64,000 bases of DNA. Source: Marsupella aquatica. Its lineage: Eukaryota; Plantae; Marchantiophyta. The notes under the pieces were generated by a model. That model was not told the origin of the DNA, searched no databases, and worked only from the letters and a program-made list of their open reading frames with translations. The stretch spans positions 14,387,934-14,451,933 of the forward strand of contig OZ316899.1 in NCBI GenBank assembly GCA_973895155.1, given 5' to 3'. Both the position numbers and the translations under genes were made by a program. Below, piece after piece: positions 1 to 12,010 of this stretch (positions within the stretch are counted from its first letter, which is position 1; every line of letters begins with the position of its first letter).

Positions 1-2091
1 AACACGAGGGGGGCCAGGAGAAGGAGCACCCCCATAGAGATATAGATGGGAACCACCAACCCAAACTGCCAAAGAGGAGGGAAGATTTTTTTAGCATCTA
101 TTTTTACTGCCATAGAAATGTCCTCATTTAAGTATATTTGGGACCAGTCTCATTGTCACTTATGCCGTGGGCGACCTCAAATAAGCGGAATTGATAATGT
201 GTAGATTTATACAAAGGCGTATGTGCAGCAAAATATAATTCTTATTGAATGCGATGCATTTCATGCTTGTTTAGATCCTGTTGTGGGATGAGTATTATAC
301 CCTGATCTATGAACGGTGATTTTTTTATTCAGCATCCAATATCTTTGTTTGTTCCAAGTTTTTATTTCTTTATTTTTTTAAATTTATTTTCCTTTGGGTG
401 AAATGGGTCCCCTGGAAGAGGGGACTACTATTTTAAAGGGACTAAATAAGAGCAATTAAGGTGACTTTTGTTTTTTCCCCTTCTTGTTTAGGATAAGGAT
501 GGATGATTTTTTAGTGGGATTGAGGATCGAGGGTATCTTAAAGGAGAGGAGGAATGAAAAAGGAAAAACAAACAAACAAACAAACTTTTAGACTCTTTAG
601 TCGGGACGGATAAGAAAGGCTACCTTAAAGGGACCAAAAACGGCAAGGGATTGTTTTTCTTAATTATTGAGAATGGATACCAAAAAGGGTAAGGGGATTG
701 TTTTTTCTATAACTGTTGAGAAATTACAATCTTTGCATCAGTTATTTTCAAGCTTCTAGAGTGGGCGGGATGGAATGAAAATGATTATATATGCATGATG
801 ATTTTGGACATCATTTTATGGCCATTCAGGCCCGCTCCAATTAAACTTAGGCTAGGCTAAATGTGTAACACTCGATCACACGCTACACCAACGAGATACC
901 ACCGATTAAGAAACATAGTGAATGAGAGCATCAGTGAAGAATGAGGAGGTGAGAATGCTCTCGCTCCACCAACTTGTACCCCGCACCCCTCCCCCTGTCC
1001 TCAAGTGGTGTAAGATATGTGGGGGGGGAGCTTATCATTCATATTACAGTCCTTTAGGGTTTAGGCTATATTCTGTTCACATTTGGTGTTATGCCTGCTC
1101 TGTTTATTGGGGTTACTTATTTTTTTGGCACGTTATAAGAAGGCGCCAGCCTTGTATTATAGGTTTTAAAAAATTGTGAACACTTGAGAAGGCACATCAA
1201 CTTCAGATGGCTATCCACGACCTCCACGAGGTTCTTAACCTTGAAATTAATGATGATGGCTGATACCCTGTTGATGGCTCGTGCCAGTGCTTTTCATGCT
1301 GAGTTACTTGCCCGTTTGTGGTACTTTGGGCTCGCTGCTTTAGGTAGTGAGAGGGACAGTAGTAGGAGCCTTGAGCAGTACTGATGGTACTTGGATCTTG
1401 AAAATTGGGAGGCGGCACCTGAGGAGTAACTTATCCTTGGCCGTCATTCATGAGAGATCACACGAGAAGCAGACGGGAAGCGAGGCTTGGCATTAAGAGG
1501 GCATTGAGAGTACGATGGCGATCCAAGATGGATGGAGCCTGTAGGGTTGCGGATTGCTAGTCTGGTAGCAGTCATCGGGAGCATCCCAGCCTCTGCTGCA
1601 CGAAAGACCTAACCATCGGCCACACTTTACGGTTCGCCCACCCCGAGAGTAAAAAACAACACTACTTAAACAGTATCCTCTGGTGGATTTCCTGTGGCTT
1701 GCTCCCTACCGTAGCGTACTGTTGCCCGTGTCTGTGCTCTCTCTGCACCCTCGCCAGTGAATAGGGAGATCACGCAAATGAATGACGACAACTCTGCCGG
1801 CGTCGGATTCTCTGGCATTGGAAACCAAAGCTTTCATCCAATTGGAAGGTAGGGTCTTAAACCCCCATCTGTCATTTACCCTACGCGACTCTTTGGTAGG
1901 ATATGCGACTTCTTTTGCAGAGAACCATGGGCGACGATGCAAATGAGATGATATACAACGCGCGATGTTGTCAACCTTTCTTCCGGCCCGCTGAGGCAGC
2001 TCTCACCCATTAGGGTTGTCTATGTCATATTTGCACACTGTATTCCATTGTGGCGATCGTCGGCAACGGGAATGGCTTTAGGATTTAGGGT

Positions 2092-2844
2092 TTGAAATGG
2101 CTCATTTTTGTGTTTTTTGCATCTCTGCTATCCTTTAGAGTCATCAATTTTTCTAGTTGCTTGCCATGTGGAAACACCTTCGTTCGTGTTCTTGTGGTGC
2201 TAAAATCTAAATACTTCGCTTGTTGCTCGATCGTAGGAGTTAAACCGCTTCTCTGCGATTTGAGCCATCTGCCGCTACAGACACCTAAAGTGAAGGGATA
2301 TGCTCGTATCTCTGAGTTGGTTCCATTGTGGTCTTTTGAATTGATGCAAGTGACGAGCGTCTGGCGGTGTGTCCTTCAAGGCATAGCAACGGAGAAGGAG
2401 CAGAAATGCTGGGTCACTTTTGGTGTAGGCGCGGACTGTTGTGTAACTGCCGATCCCAAGCGACGGCCGGGAGAGAGGCAGCTCATCATAACGGTGGAGG
2501 ATCTTGATGGTTTGAGTTTCAAGCAATATCTTGCACTTGCTGGAAGATTTTGTTGTGCACATTGCCTCAAACCCTACGATGTCCGGCTGAACATCACATC
2601 GCACGGATTATTTGATCCCACGTGTGAGTCGTTCATGGATGTGGATCGTGACTTATGTTGTGATGATATACTGTACGGGCTTGGAAGGGTAAGCTTCTTG
2701 TTGAAGCGCAGTCATGAACTTTTCCTGTCCCAAACCAGAGAGGTGGCACACATCATGGCATGTACCATAGTTGACGATGTGCTTCGCGAGAGGATAACTA
2801 TCGACAAAGCTATAATTTTCACAAACGATGTAAGTAGTGAGTAA
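2092..2844 (+). CDS. Orphan Cys-rich ORF, unknown function (true start uncertain)
   Basis: 250-codon open frame with protein-like composition (e.g. RFCCAHCLKPY); no family motif recognised. Confidence 0.3.
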   Translation: MKWLIFVFFASLLSFRVINFSSCLPCGNTFVRVLVVLKSKYFACCSIVGVKPLLCDLSHLPLQTPKVKGYARISELVPLWSFELMQVTSVWRCVLQGIATEKEQKCWVTFGVGADCCVTADPKRRPGERQLIITVEDLDGLSFKQYLALAGRFCCAHCLKPYDVRLNITSHGLFDPTCESFMDVDRDLCCDDILYGLGRVSFLLKRSHELFLSQTREVAHIMACTIVDDVLRERITIDKAIIFTNDVSSE

Positions 2845-2974
2845 TTCCAAAAGTATAAAGAAACTGGGAATTTTTAAATTTTTTTGAGGTATTTAAACTA
2901 TGTTTATTGCTAACCGTAGAGTAAACTGCATTCCGACTAAACTCAGACAATTTATGAGTCGCTAAGTAAACTTC

Positions 2975-3280
2975 TTACGAGTTTACTAGTTTACTAGATT
3001 ACGGGTTTACAAGTTGAGTTCGTTTACGGGCTGACGAGTATCGACAACGAGTGTAATTATTGGATTACAACTTACAAGTTAACGATTTATGAGTTAACGA
3101 CTTACGAGTTACGGGTTGACGAGTATCGACAACGAGTATAATTATTGGATTACAACTTACAAGTTAACGATTTATGAGTTAGCGACTTACGAGTTACGGG
3201 TTGACGAGTATCGACAATGAGTGTAATTATTGGATTACAACTTACGAGTTAACGACTTACGAGTTAAGGGTTACAAGTTC
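2975..3280. repeat. 85-bp tandem repeat (about 3 copies) built from TTACGAG-like subunits
   Basis: TGACGAGTATCGACAA recurs at 3032, 3117 and 3202 (period 85); the third copy is internally shortened. Confidence 0.9.
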
Positions 3281-3474
3281 GCGGTGTGCGGAGGAGTCTT
3301 ACGAACGCAACGTCTCACGACTATCTCAATGGACCTTTCTACGGGGTGGGAGTATGCGACGAGAGCGGCTGAAGTGCAATAGAGAAGCGCGCCTTGTTAA
3401 GATCTCTTCTACCTCTATCTTACTCCACGATCTTAGTAGCAACTCGAGCAGCAAGAACATCCGGAGAATCAGCT

Positions 3475-5811
3475 ATGGTAGACCTTGGAGCTTATGAGCA
3501 GTACCGCGTTGAATCCCTGGTGTTTCCCAAGGCAGTGTTGGTCCAAATTCCACAAGCGCCCGATAGCTACGCCAATTTAAGAATGTCGCTACAGCAGCTG
3601 GGATTAGAACTCTTGCATATACCATGGAATGTGGAGTTAGACACATACTTGCAAGATTTTGTCAAAGGCACTACTATTTCCCCTGAATTCCATCAAACAA
3701 TTCAAGCTCGACCAAGTCTGTGGACAGTAGAACAGATTTCTTTTGCCTTCGGTTGCTCATCAGAAGGATCGGCATTGTATTCCAAGAAGAAGGACTTGTC
3801 ATCTCCTTACTTCTCTGGAGTCAGAAACCTCACAAATGGATGGAATCTGACTCAGTGCAATTACCCCGATCTGAGAATTCTTTTGGAATTTCTAGTACCC
3901 ATTCTCCATCCGAAAAAGTCAACTATCTGCCCTGTGGCCTTGGCTAACACTATTGTAGCTTCTCACAGTGGAGTTATAAAAGTAAATTGGGCCCTACTTT
4001 TGTTTAATGTTATGAAAGATCAAGTAAGGAGCTTGAAAGCAGGGAGGACCACTTACTTACAACATTATCTCTCTCAGCTCTATTATGTCTATGACTATTT
4101 ACATTTGGAGGAGAGAACAGAAAGGGGATTACTTCTGATCAAGATGGGCATTGAGGAAGAAATCGATGTGGAAGAACCAAGGGATGCCATTTCCCTGAAA
4201 TCCAATGATGAGGATATTGATATGGATATAGAAAATGTATCTGTGGGAGGTCTTGAAGCTTCGCCTAAACACAACTTGGAGCTTGTCCAACATCCTCTAA
4301 ATAACCAAGTGTACTCACGAGAAGTCAGCATGGGAGAACAACCTGTAGCTGAAGAAGATGAAGAGGATGAAGACCTCTTTGAGCAACAAGGGCATATTGC
4401 AGAACCAACTATTGCTGTCATTCTAAGAACCAGCTCGTCCACTCCTTCAAAAGTAGAATTGAATTAGCAACTCATTGATAAGTTGACATCTCTTCTCAGT
4501 TGCAGTGATGATGGACTCTATGATGCTGTTAATGATTTAAGAATGGAAGATGTCAGTTTGAAGTCACCATTCCCTGACCAGTTAAGCCCTATTAGGATGA
4601 CCTTTCCCCCAGGAGAATCAACACCAATGGAATATGTGACTCTCACCCTTGCTACTCAACAGGTCCCTCTTCTAAAATCAAGTGACCCTGTTCCCGTGAC
4701 AGAAAGTATAAGTTGTGCAGCTATCGTAGATGATCTACTAGAGATACTACAGTGTGAACCTCGACAGATAACATCTGTGGTCAGCAACTTAGTGCAGCAA
4801 TGTCCAACTGTTACACTTTCTCTTAGTCCAAGTTCCCACCCTTACAGTCCTGATTCCAACTATGAACCCATAGAAGGACTGCCCTACAGTCAGTCATAGT
4901 ATGAGCATCCTTACGTTCGAGAGGATCTACCTAAAGATTCTGATCCACCCTCTCATTTTAATTCCATTCGATCTTATGATAACTCCTTAACACCGTCACC
5001 AAGGCAGGGATTTGAAGATGTTGATACTGCCTTAAGATCCAATCCCAACTTAGTAGCAGTTGTCACCTCATCTACTCAGACACCCCGGAATGCCACCATC
5101 GAGAACAGATACCCGAGACCTCCCGAGTTCCAAGTGTGCAGGTATATGGAGACCTGTAAGATTATGCAAGCCAACAGACCACCGGTTGGAGAGTTCTGGA
5201 GATACTACTATCTCAAGAAAATAGAGGCCAGCTACATCTTCGACCTCAGGTGTTTTGGGACTTCCAGAGTGGAGATGGCACAATTTGATGAGTTCTGGAC
5301 TGACTCTCTCTACTTCCGGCCTATTCTTGCTATGATGCTACTTCAAGGTGATGTAGAGGTAGAAGATCTAGATTTAGTTTTGGCATACTTTGGAAACCTT
5401 GTAGCCTATGCCCTGGATTTTGTGGTTTCTTTCCTGATGCAGAGCAAGAAGTCTACTGCTCTACAACACGATTACATTCCACAAGGACCCAAAGTTACCC
5501 TTGTTTCAACCAGTTCATTGACTGAGAAACAGAGGATCTGGAACAATGTCACTACTCAAACCCTAACCCACTTCAACCGTACTTCAGAGATGTCAGATGG
5601 AGACTTCAACCTTTCTATTCCAGGATGTTGAACTCTGATGAATTCCTGTACCATTATCCCCTAGTATATGCCGCCTCTTGCAACAATTATGATATAATTG
5701 GGATGTATAGAGAAGCCCTTCGTATTGATTCATGTTACTCAATGAAGAGCATGCCTCTGATGTATCCTGAGAGACAACTAAGATGCCTACCCTACTCTCG
5801 AGGATCCCCTT
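3475..5811 (+). pseudogene. TE-accessory protein gene, copy A (plant-transposon/PMD-like N-terminal domain, acidic linker, unknown C-terminal domain)
   Basis: ORFs 3394-4467, 4483-4899, 5134-5631 and 5625-5813 join through in-frame TAG stops and frameshifts. Motifs IPWN..., LWTVEQI.FAFG, TNGW, LEFLVPILHPKK, VNWALL resemble accessory ORFs of non-seed-plant TEs. A paralogue at 6812-8813 confirms the frame. Confidence 0.65.
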
Positions 5812-6229
5812 AATCGAAGCTTCAAGACCACCCACAGATGCATCTTCTATATCCATATCAACATCCTGATCATTGGAATCCAGGGGAATGGCATCCACTG
5901 GTTCTTCCACACCAATTTCTTCCTCAATGCCCAACTCGATCAGAAGTAACCCCCTTTTTGTTCTCTCCTCCGGATGTAGACAGTCATGAGCCTGATAGAG
6001 TTGAGATAAATAAACTTGCAGATAAGTGGGTCTGCCTGCCTTCATACTTCTCACCTGATCCTTCATCACATTAAAAATCAACAATGCCCAGTTCACTTGG
6101 ATGGCTCCACTGTGAGCAGCTACAATAGTATTCACCAAAGCCACAGGATAGATGGTTGGCTTTTTTGGATGAAGAATTGGTACTAAAAATTCCAGAAGAA
6201 CTCTCAGATCCGGATAAGTACATTGTTGT
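5812..6229 (-). pseudogene. Inverted fragment of accessory gene copy B
   Basis: Minus-strand ORF reads PDLRVLLEFLVPILHPKKPT...DASVGGLEAS, matching the middle of copy A and identical to copy B where they overlap. Confidence 0.8.
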
Positions 6230-7065
6230 TGTAATATGAAGTTAACACTAACCCGAGTCATGTTAGTAGAGTTAGTTAGTCCTAACTAACCGAAGCTTAG
6301 GTTGTTAGTAACAACCTAACCGCATGTAATAGATCGAGTCCTTAGGGACTATAAGGTAATGGAAGTTGGAGGGAACCTCCAGTTGTTGGTGTATGTTCTT
6401 ATTCATCTTCTTGTCTCTGAATACGTTATCAGCACGAGCTGCCAAAGCTGAGCACAGAAATTTTTTTTCACTGACGCACTACCCACGACTCATCCTCTCT
6501 CATCTTCGCAATTTTTTTTTTCTTCCGAACTTTGTGAAGCGACGCCCAATTGATCAACGATTATTCCTACAGCGAGACTTTGCATTCCATCAAATCGCCC
6601 ACATTCACTTTTACGAAGGAAGAGCGCCACAGTCATCCATCCACGAACTCCACACGAAAATGCTCAAGGTCACTAAATCTGACATTTATAGCATTCTGAA
6701 CACTCGATCTATTACATGCGGTTAGGTTGTTACTAACAACCTAAGCTTCGGTTAGTTAGGACTAACTAACTCTACTAACATGACTCGGGTTAGTGTTAAC
6801 TTCATATTACAACAACAATGTACTTATCCGGATCTGAGAGTTCTTCTGGAATTTTTAGTACCAATTCTTCATCCAAAAAAGCCAACCATCTATCCTGTGG
6901 CTTTGGTGAATACTATTGTAGCTGCTCACAGTGGAGCCATCCAAGTGAACTGGGCATTGTTGATTTTTAATGTGATGAAGGATCAGGTGAGAAGTATGAA
7001 GGCAGGCAGACCCACTTATCTGCAAGTTTATTTATCTCAACTCTATCAGGCTCATGACTGTCTAC
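5976..7065. repeat. Long inverted repeat: 364-bp arms (5976-6339 and 6702-7065) with a 362-bp spacer
   Basis: Arms are reverse complements by eye; ORFs 6261(-) and 6780(+) share an identical N-terminal translation. Confidence 0.9.
6230..6701 (+). mobile_element. Truncated Ty1/copia 5' end: short LTR (~6230-6423), PBS (6424-6437) and leader
   Basis: TG start, TATAAG, TTGTTGGTGTATGT motif and PBS CGTTATCAGCACGA; the motif and PBS core are shared with the copia element at 37281. Confidence 0.7.
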
Positions 7066-8813
7066 TTGGTCATGTTACGTTAGCCTATTCACAGCTTGGA
7101 GCTTGTCCAACATCCTCTGAACAACTAGGTGTACTCAAGAGAAGTCAGTGTGGGAGATCAACCTGGAGCTGAAGAAGACGAGGACTTCTTTGAGCAACAA
7201 GAAGATGTTGTTGAACCAACTACTACTGTCATCCTAAGGACCAGTTCGACTACTTTTTCAAAAGCAGAGACAAATCAGCAGCTTATTGATAAGTTAACCT
7301 CTCTCTTTGGTTGTAGTGATGTTGAACTTTATGATGTTGTTTGTGATTTGAGATCAGAGGCAGTCAGCTTATCTTCTCCATTTCCAGATCAGTAAACTCC
7401 TGTCAGGACAACTTCTCATATCGTGGGATCAGCATCAGAAGAATTCGTTGCTCTCACCCCTGTTGCCCGACAGAGCCTACTTGTAGAACCGAGTGAACCT
7501 GTCTCTGTGACAGGGGATATAAATTATGTTGCCATTGTGAATGATTTGTTAGGCATGTTACAGTGTGAGCCATGGGAGGTAATGTCTGTTGTTAGCAACT
7601 TAACTCAGAAATCCCCAATCACTAAAATTCCTCATAATCCAGATCCTTATCCCTATAGTCCCGATTCCAATTATGAACCCACTGATGGACCTATCTTTAC
7701 TCAAGCATAGCCTGAAGATCCTTATGTTAGCCGGGATCTCTCTAATGACTCTGACCAGCCTTCAGATAATGAAACTTATTGATCTTATGATAATTCATTT
7801 GAGTCTTCACCAAGGCAGGGATTTGAGGATGTTGATGTAGCTCTAAGATCAAACCCGAACCTAGTAGCAGTTGTCACATCCTCTACTCAGACTCCCAGGA
7901 ATGCTACCATTGAGAGAAGGTACCCCAGACTTCCTGAGTCCCAAGTACAAAGGTATGTGGACACTTGCAAAATAATGCATGCTAACAGGCCACCGGTTGG
8001 AGAATTCTGGAGATACTATTACCTGAAGAAGACTGAGGCAAGCTACATCTTTGATCTTAGATGTCATGGTACTTCCAGAGTGGAGATGGCATAGTTTGAT
8101 GAGTTCTGGACCAACTCTGTTTACTTCCGACCCATACTGTCTGTGATACTGCTACAAGGTGATGTAGAAGTGGAGGATCCTGATTTAGTCTTGGCATAAT
8201 TTGGAAATTTTGCAGCCTATGCCTTGGACTTTGTGATTTTTTTTCTCATGCAGAGTAAGAAGTCTACTTCTTGTTAGAACAACTACATCCCTCGAAAACC
8301 AAAGGTTGAGTTGGTCTCGACTAGCACTTTAGCCGAGAAGCAGAGGATATGGAATAACATCACCACTCAGACCCTAGCCAAATTCAACCGGTACTTTAAG
8401 GATGTTACTTGGAGACTTTGTCCATTCCATTCAAAAATGATGAGGACCGAAGATTTCATGTCTCACTATCCTCAGGTTTACGCTGCTACCTGCAATCACT
8501 ATGATGTGATTGGAATTTACTGAGAGGCACTTCGTATAGATTCATGTTACTTAATGAAGAGAATGCCTCTTATGTATCCTAAGAGACAACTGAGATGCTT
8601 TTCCTATTCTCAAGGATGATTGGAATTTACCGAGAGGCACTTCGTATAGATTCATGTTACTTAATGAAGAGAATGCCTCTTATGTATCCTAAGAGACAAC
8701 TGAGATGCTTTTCCTATTCTCAAGGATCACCACGTCAAGCCGAGCTCATGGAGGTTACCCAATCAAGGACTGTTGCATTTGTGGAGCTTCTCAAACCACA
8801 TAACATTTGGTAA
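6812..8813 (+). pseudogene. TE-accessory protein gene, copy B (5'-truncated, rearranged)
   Basis: Colinear with 3860-5810 (YSREVS, YSPDSNYEP, EKQRIWNN, YREALRIDSCY); many stops; ends ...LLKPHNIW*. Confidence 0.75.
8507..8727. repeat. 110-bp tandem duplication inside copy B
   Basis: TGATTGGAATTTAC at 8507 and 8617; the copies differ at TGA versus CGA. Confidence 0.9.
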
Positions 8814-9031
8814 CAAGACTAAGGCAGAGTCTAAGTGTTTCTAGTTAGTTTTAGGAGTAGTGCATCTTGTCTGATTTTTATAAATGTGTTTTAGAGCTTT
8901 AAAAGCTGTCATACTTCTTTAGCATATAGTATGTACTTAGGAAAGCCTACTGGCAAAATCTCAGAGTTTTTTTACTTATATTTAGGAAGTTAAAAATAGT
9001 TGAATTTGATAAGTTTTTAGTTGTACCACAA

Positions 9032-9095
9032 TTACGAGTTACGAGTTACGACTTAAGCTTCTACGAGTTTACGAGTTTACGAGTTTACGGTTTAC
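9032..9095. repeat. Short TTACGAG/TTTACGAG array
   Basis: TTACGAGTTACGAGTTACGAC...TACGAGTTTACGAGTTTACGAGTTTACGG; same motif as 2975-3280. Confidence 0.8.
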
Positions 9096-10125
9096 ACTTA
9101 GGCAGTTTTCCGGCTTTTCACTTACTAAATGGCCATTTTAACTTTTTGAGGGGTATGAAGAGACATGTCTCTTCGACCCTATGACCCCTCACTCTGTAGA
9201 TTTTTACTATAAGATCCCTCTACCACTAGTGTACCAGGATGGTAAAGTTGTGCATTTTTGCCTCTTCCTTGTGTTAAACCAATTGATCATGAATCTATGA
9301 ATTCAAGATCAGGTTTAACAATAGGAGAGTCTTACCTTCTTCTTGTGTTTGCACCCCTCTTTATAAACACAAGAAGTAAAATCCATTTGTGCAAAATCTT
9401 TGGATGTTGTAATGACAGATTCCTCTTTGGTGACTCATTGGAATTTCCTAAGTTCTTGAAGTTAACTCATTGAGTTTAAGTCTTATTGAAATTGATGGAT
9501 TTTCTTTCATGTTGCTTAGTACCATCTAAATGTTGAAGTAGTCACCCTTTTAGATCTTGTTTGAGTACCACTTAGAAAGAAAAGACAATACATGTTGACG
9601 ACACTTTAAAAGAGAACTCTAGTAAGCACATTAGACCTGAAAAGCAATATGGATTTCAATCTTCTAAATCTTTTCATTTTGACTTATGTTTAAGGAGTAA
9701 CCTTGGCACATGCCAGACTCCCTTAGCATACTTTAAGATATTTTTGGTGTGTTTTGTTAATCATTCCATTTTTATTATTTGATGGAAATATGATGCTGAG
9801 TTATCATTGAAAACTTCTCACCGCTGTGGAGCGATCTTCAAAATACCTCAGTAAAGTAATCAAACTTGATTACTATGTGTGGAAAACATCTTAAGTCTAT
9901 TATTGTTGTTTATATCTATCAAACCAACCCCATCTTGTTCTTTATGGGAACGAATACCGAGTTTGAAGACCTTTAAATTTATTTTTGGTTCTTCATAGCA
10001 AACTACACGGATACCACATCTTGGCGAGGCCCGCCGAGATAGTACGATGTCCGTACGGTACAGACACCGAATTTTGTCAAAAAAAAATTAGGAATTTTTT
10101 TTCTTCGTTTTTTGGTCCTTACGCC

Positions 10126-10295
10126 GATCTCAGCAAGGTCATCTGAGATTGACTCAATCTCAGCTGCCCCAACTGAGATGCGCAAAAATGCAAAGGCCCT
10201 ATCTCAGCTGCTCAGCTGAGATTCAGAAATTTCAAGGCGGCAAAACTGATAACTGATATCAGTCACTGATAACTGATGATCCTCGCTACCCCCCC
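10126..10295. repeat. Array of inverted ATCTCAG/CTGAGAT and ACTGATA motifs ending in a C-run; possible DNA-transposon subterminal region
   Basis: Three ATCTCAGC...CTGAGAT inverted pairs followed by about four ACTGAT(A) motifs. Confidence 0.5.
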
Positions 10296-10315
10296 ACTAT
10301 GGAGACCTGATACAC

Positions 10316-12010
10316 CACTAGAAGAAAACCACTCATTCTGAGACCCTCCCCTATGTGACTTGTGTGAGACCTTCATAAATATGCGACTCCAAGTTTGTTG
10401 GTGTCATGTTTGTTACATCATACCAACTAAGTTTTGGTGAGGTTGTGGGAAGTTATGCTTACAACTTTATCCAATGTCGCTATTGTAACACTAGTAAGTC
10501 AAAAATAGGTAAGTTATGTTGGTTACTCCACAATAGTGCAATATGAATTGGACATCATTTTTTAAAATTATGTTAGCATGCATACCCCATTAGCCAATTT
10601 CAGATACCAATCCCTAATGTGCAACTCCTAGTGCAACTACATATTGCACACTAGGAGAGTATGACCAAATTTAAATGGGTATAAATATGGGGTTTTCAAT
10701 TCAGATTGATGGGTACTTTCACTTATAATGTGGGGTCATACCTGACTATATTTGGCCTTGTTCTTGACCAAAGTGCACTCTCCCCACATTGAACTTTTTG
10801 CTAAGTCATTTGCATTGGTTCTTTTATGTCCAAACCAAACTTTTTGCTAAGTCACTCAATCGCTGCCCACATGTGAGGGGTACTACTTTCCCTCAGGGTC
10901 AATGTACCTTGGAGGTTGGTTTTGCAAGAGAATGTGGGGGTAGTTAAGTTTGCCCTAAGTCTACTGGCTCAGTGTGCCGCGGAGGTTGGTTTTGCGAGGG
11001 AAATTGGGAGTCAACGGCCTCCATTCCAACTGCACTCTTCATGAACTTCCTGCAGGGGGCAATGAAAGTGTTCGAGCGCAACTGGACTTTAGGGTGCAAA
11101 TGTGTTTAGGATTGGGCCTGCTACAAGCATCAGTGTGGAGGTCTGCCAATCAGTTTTTGAGGGGAGTCCATTGTCGCTTTTCAACCTGCTGGTGAGCTAA
11201 GCTAAGCCTATTGAGTTTCAAGGGAGAGCTGCCGACTTGGAGTTCATAGTTCGGAGGCAGCATTTTAGGGTGAATAGCAAGGGATTGCCTTTCGAGTGAA
11301 GGATTTGAGTGTTGCACAATTTCATTGTTACAGGATTTGAGTGCAGGATTTGAGTACTCGCATTGGAACCGGCTCTTTTCCTTCCCACAATTTCCAAAAG
11401 CACGGAGGAGTTGAGCTACGAAGGACATTGGAGATTCTTTGTGGACCTACGACTGATTGCGACTAAGACCTGTGAGTTTAGGGTAAGACTTGCGACTCCG
11501 GCTAAGAACTGTCATTGCATCTGTTTGTGTATTTTGACTGATTGCCTCAGTTCTTTTTTGCCGTGTGGTGCAAATTCAGCTTACGATTGTGGCTTGGGAA
11601 AGGGTTACAGGAGTTGTGTTGTGACCCTCATTTGTTCTAAATGAGGTAAGATGTCGTGACTTCTATGTGCTGTCAAAGCTGTTTTTTACGGGGGTTTCGG
11701 CCAAGTTCCAACAGCGCATGGTGTTTAAGTCAGAGCCCGACAATGAATTGCTTCACCCCTGCTCCAACACCCTGGCTCATGGACCAATATTCCTGAAATT
11801 TCTCAACACTTTTGCACCAGTTGGTGAAGTGGAAGGGATACGCAAACGCGCCGCCATCTACTCTAGACATCTCAACCCATTTGGAGAGAGCGCTATTGAC
11901 ATTTGGCCCTATCTGTCACTGACAAGTATTTTTCTCTTGTTCTCTGCATGATTTTGCAAACCTGCTCATTTTTGTTCAGATTTAGTCTTTTGGAGATGTT
12001 GATTCCTCCC
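10316..12010. mobile_element. Putative left end of an old CACTA element (right extent uncertain)
   Basis: CACTAGAAGAAAA at 10316 resembles a canonical CACTA TIR and is followed by scattered GCGAC/GTCGC-like motifs and short direct repeats; no partner end found. Confidence 0.35.

Noticed and set aside
900-920. ...AAACATAGTG as a right CACTA terminus
   Set aside because: Only the 5-bp core matches and no motif array or partner end is visible in the window.
2975-3280. Possible CRISPR-like array
   Set aside because: Whole 85-bp units repeat with no unique spacers, there are no cas genes and the context is eukaryotic.
5593-6261. 222-aa minus-strand ORF as an intact gene
   Set aside because: Its start lies in the copia LTR and its end is antisense to copy A; it is a rearrangement product.
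9224-9231. CACTAGTG palindrome as a CACTA end or footprint
   Set aside because: No subterminal repeats, partner TIR or TSD.
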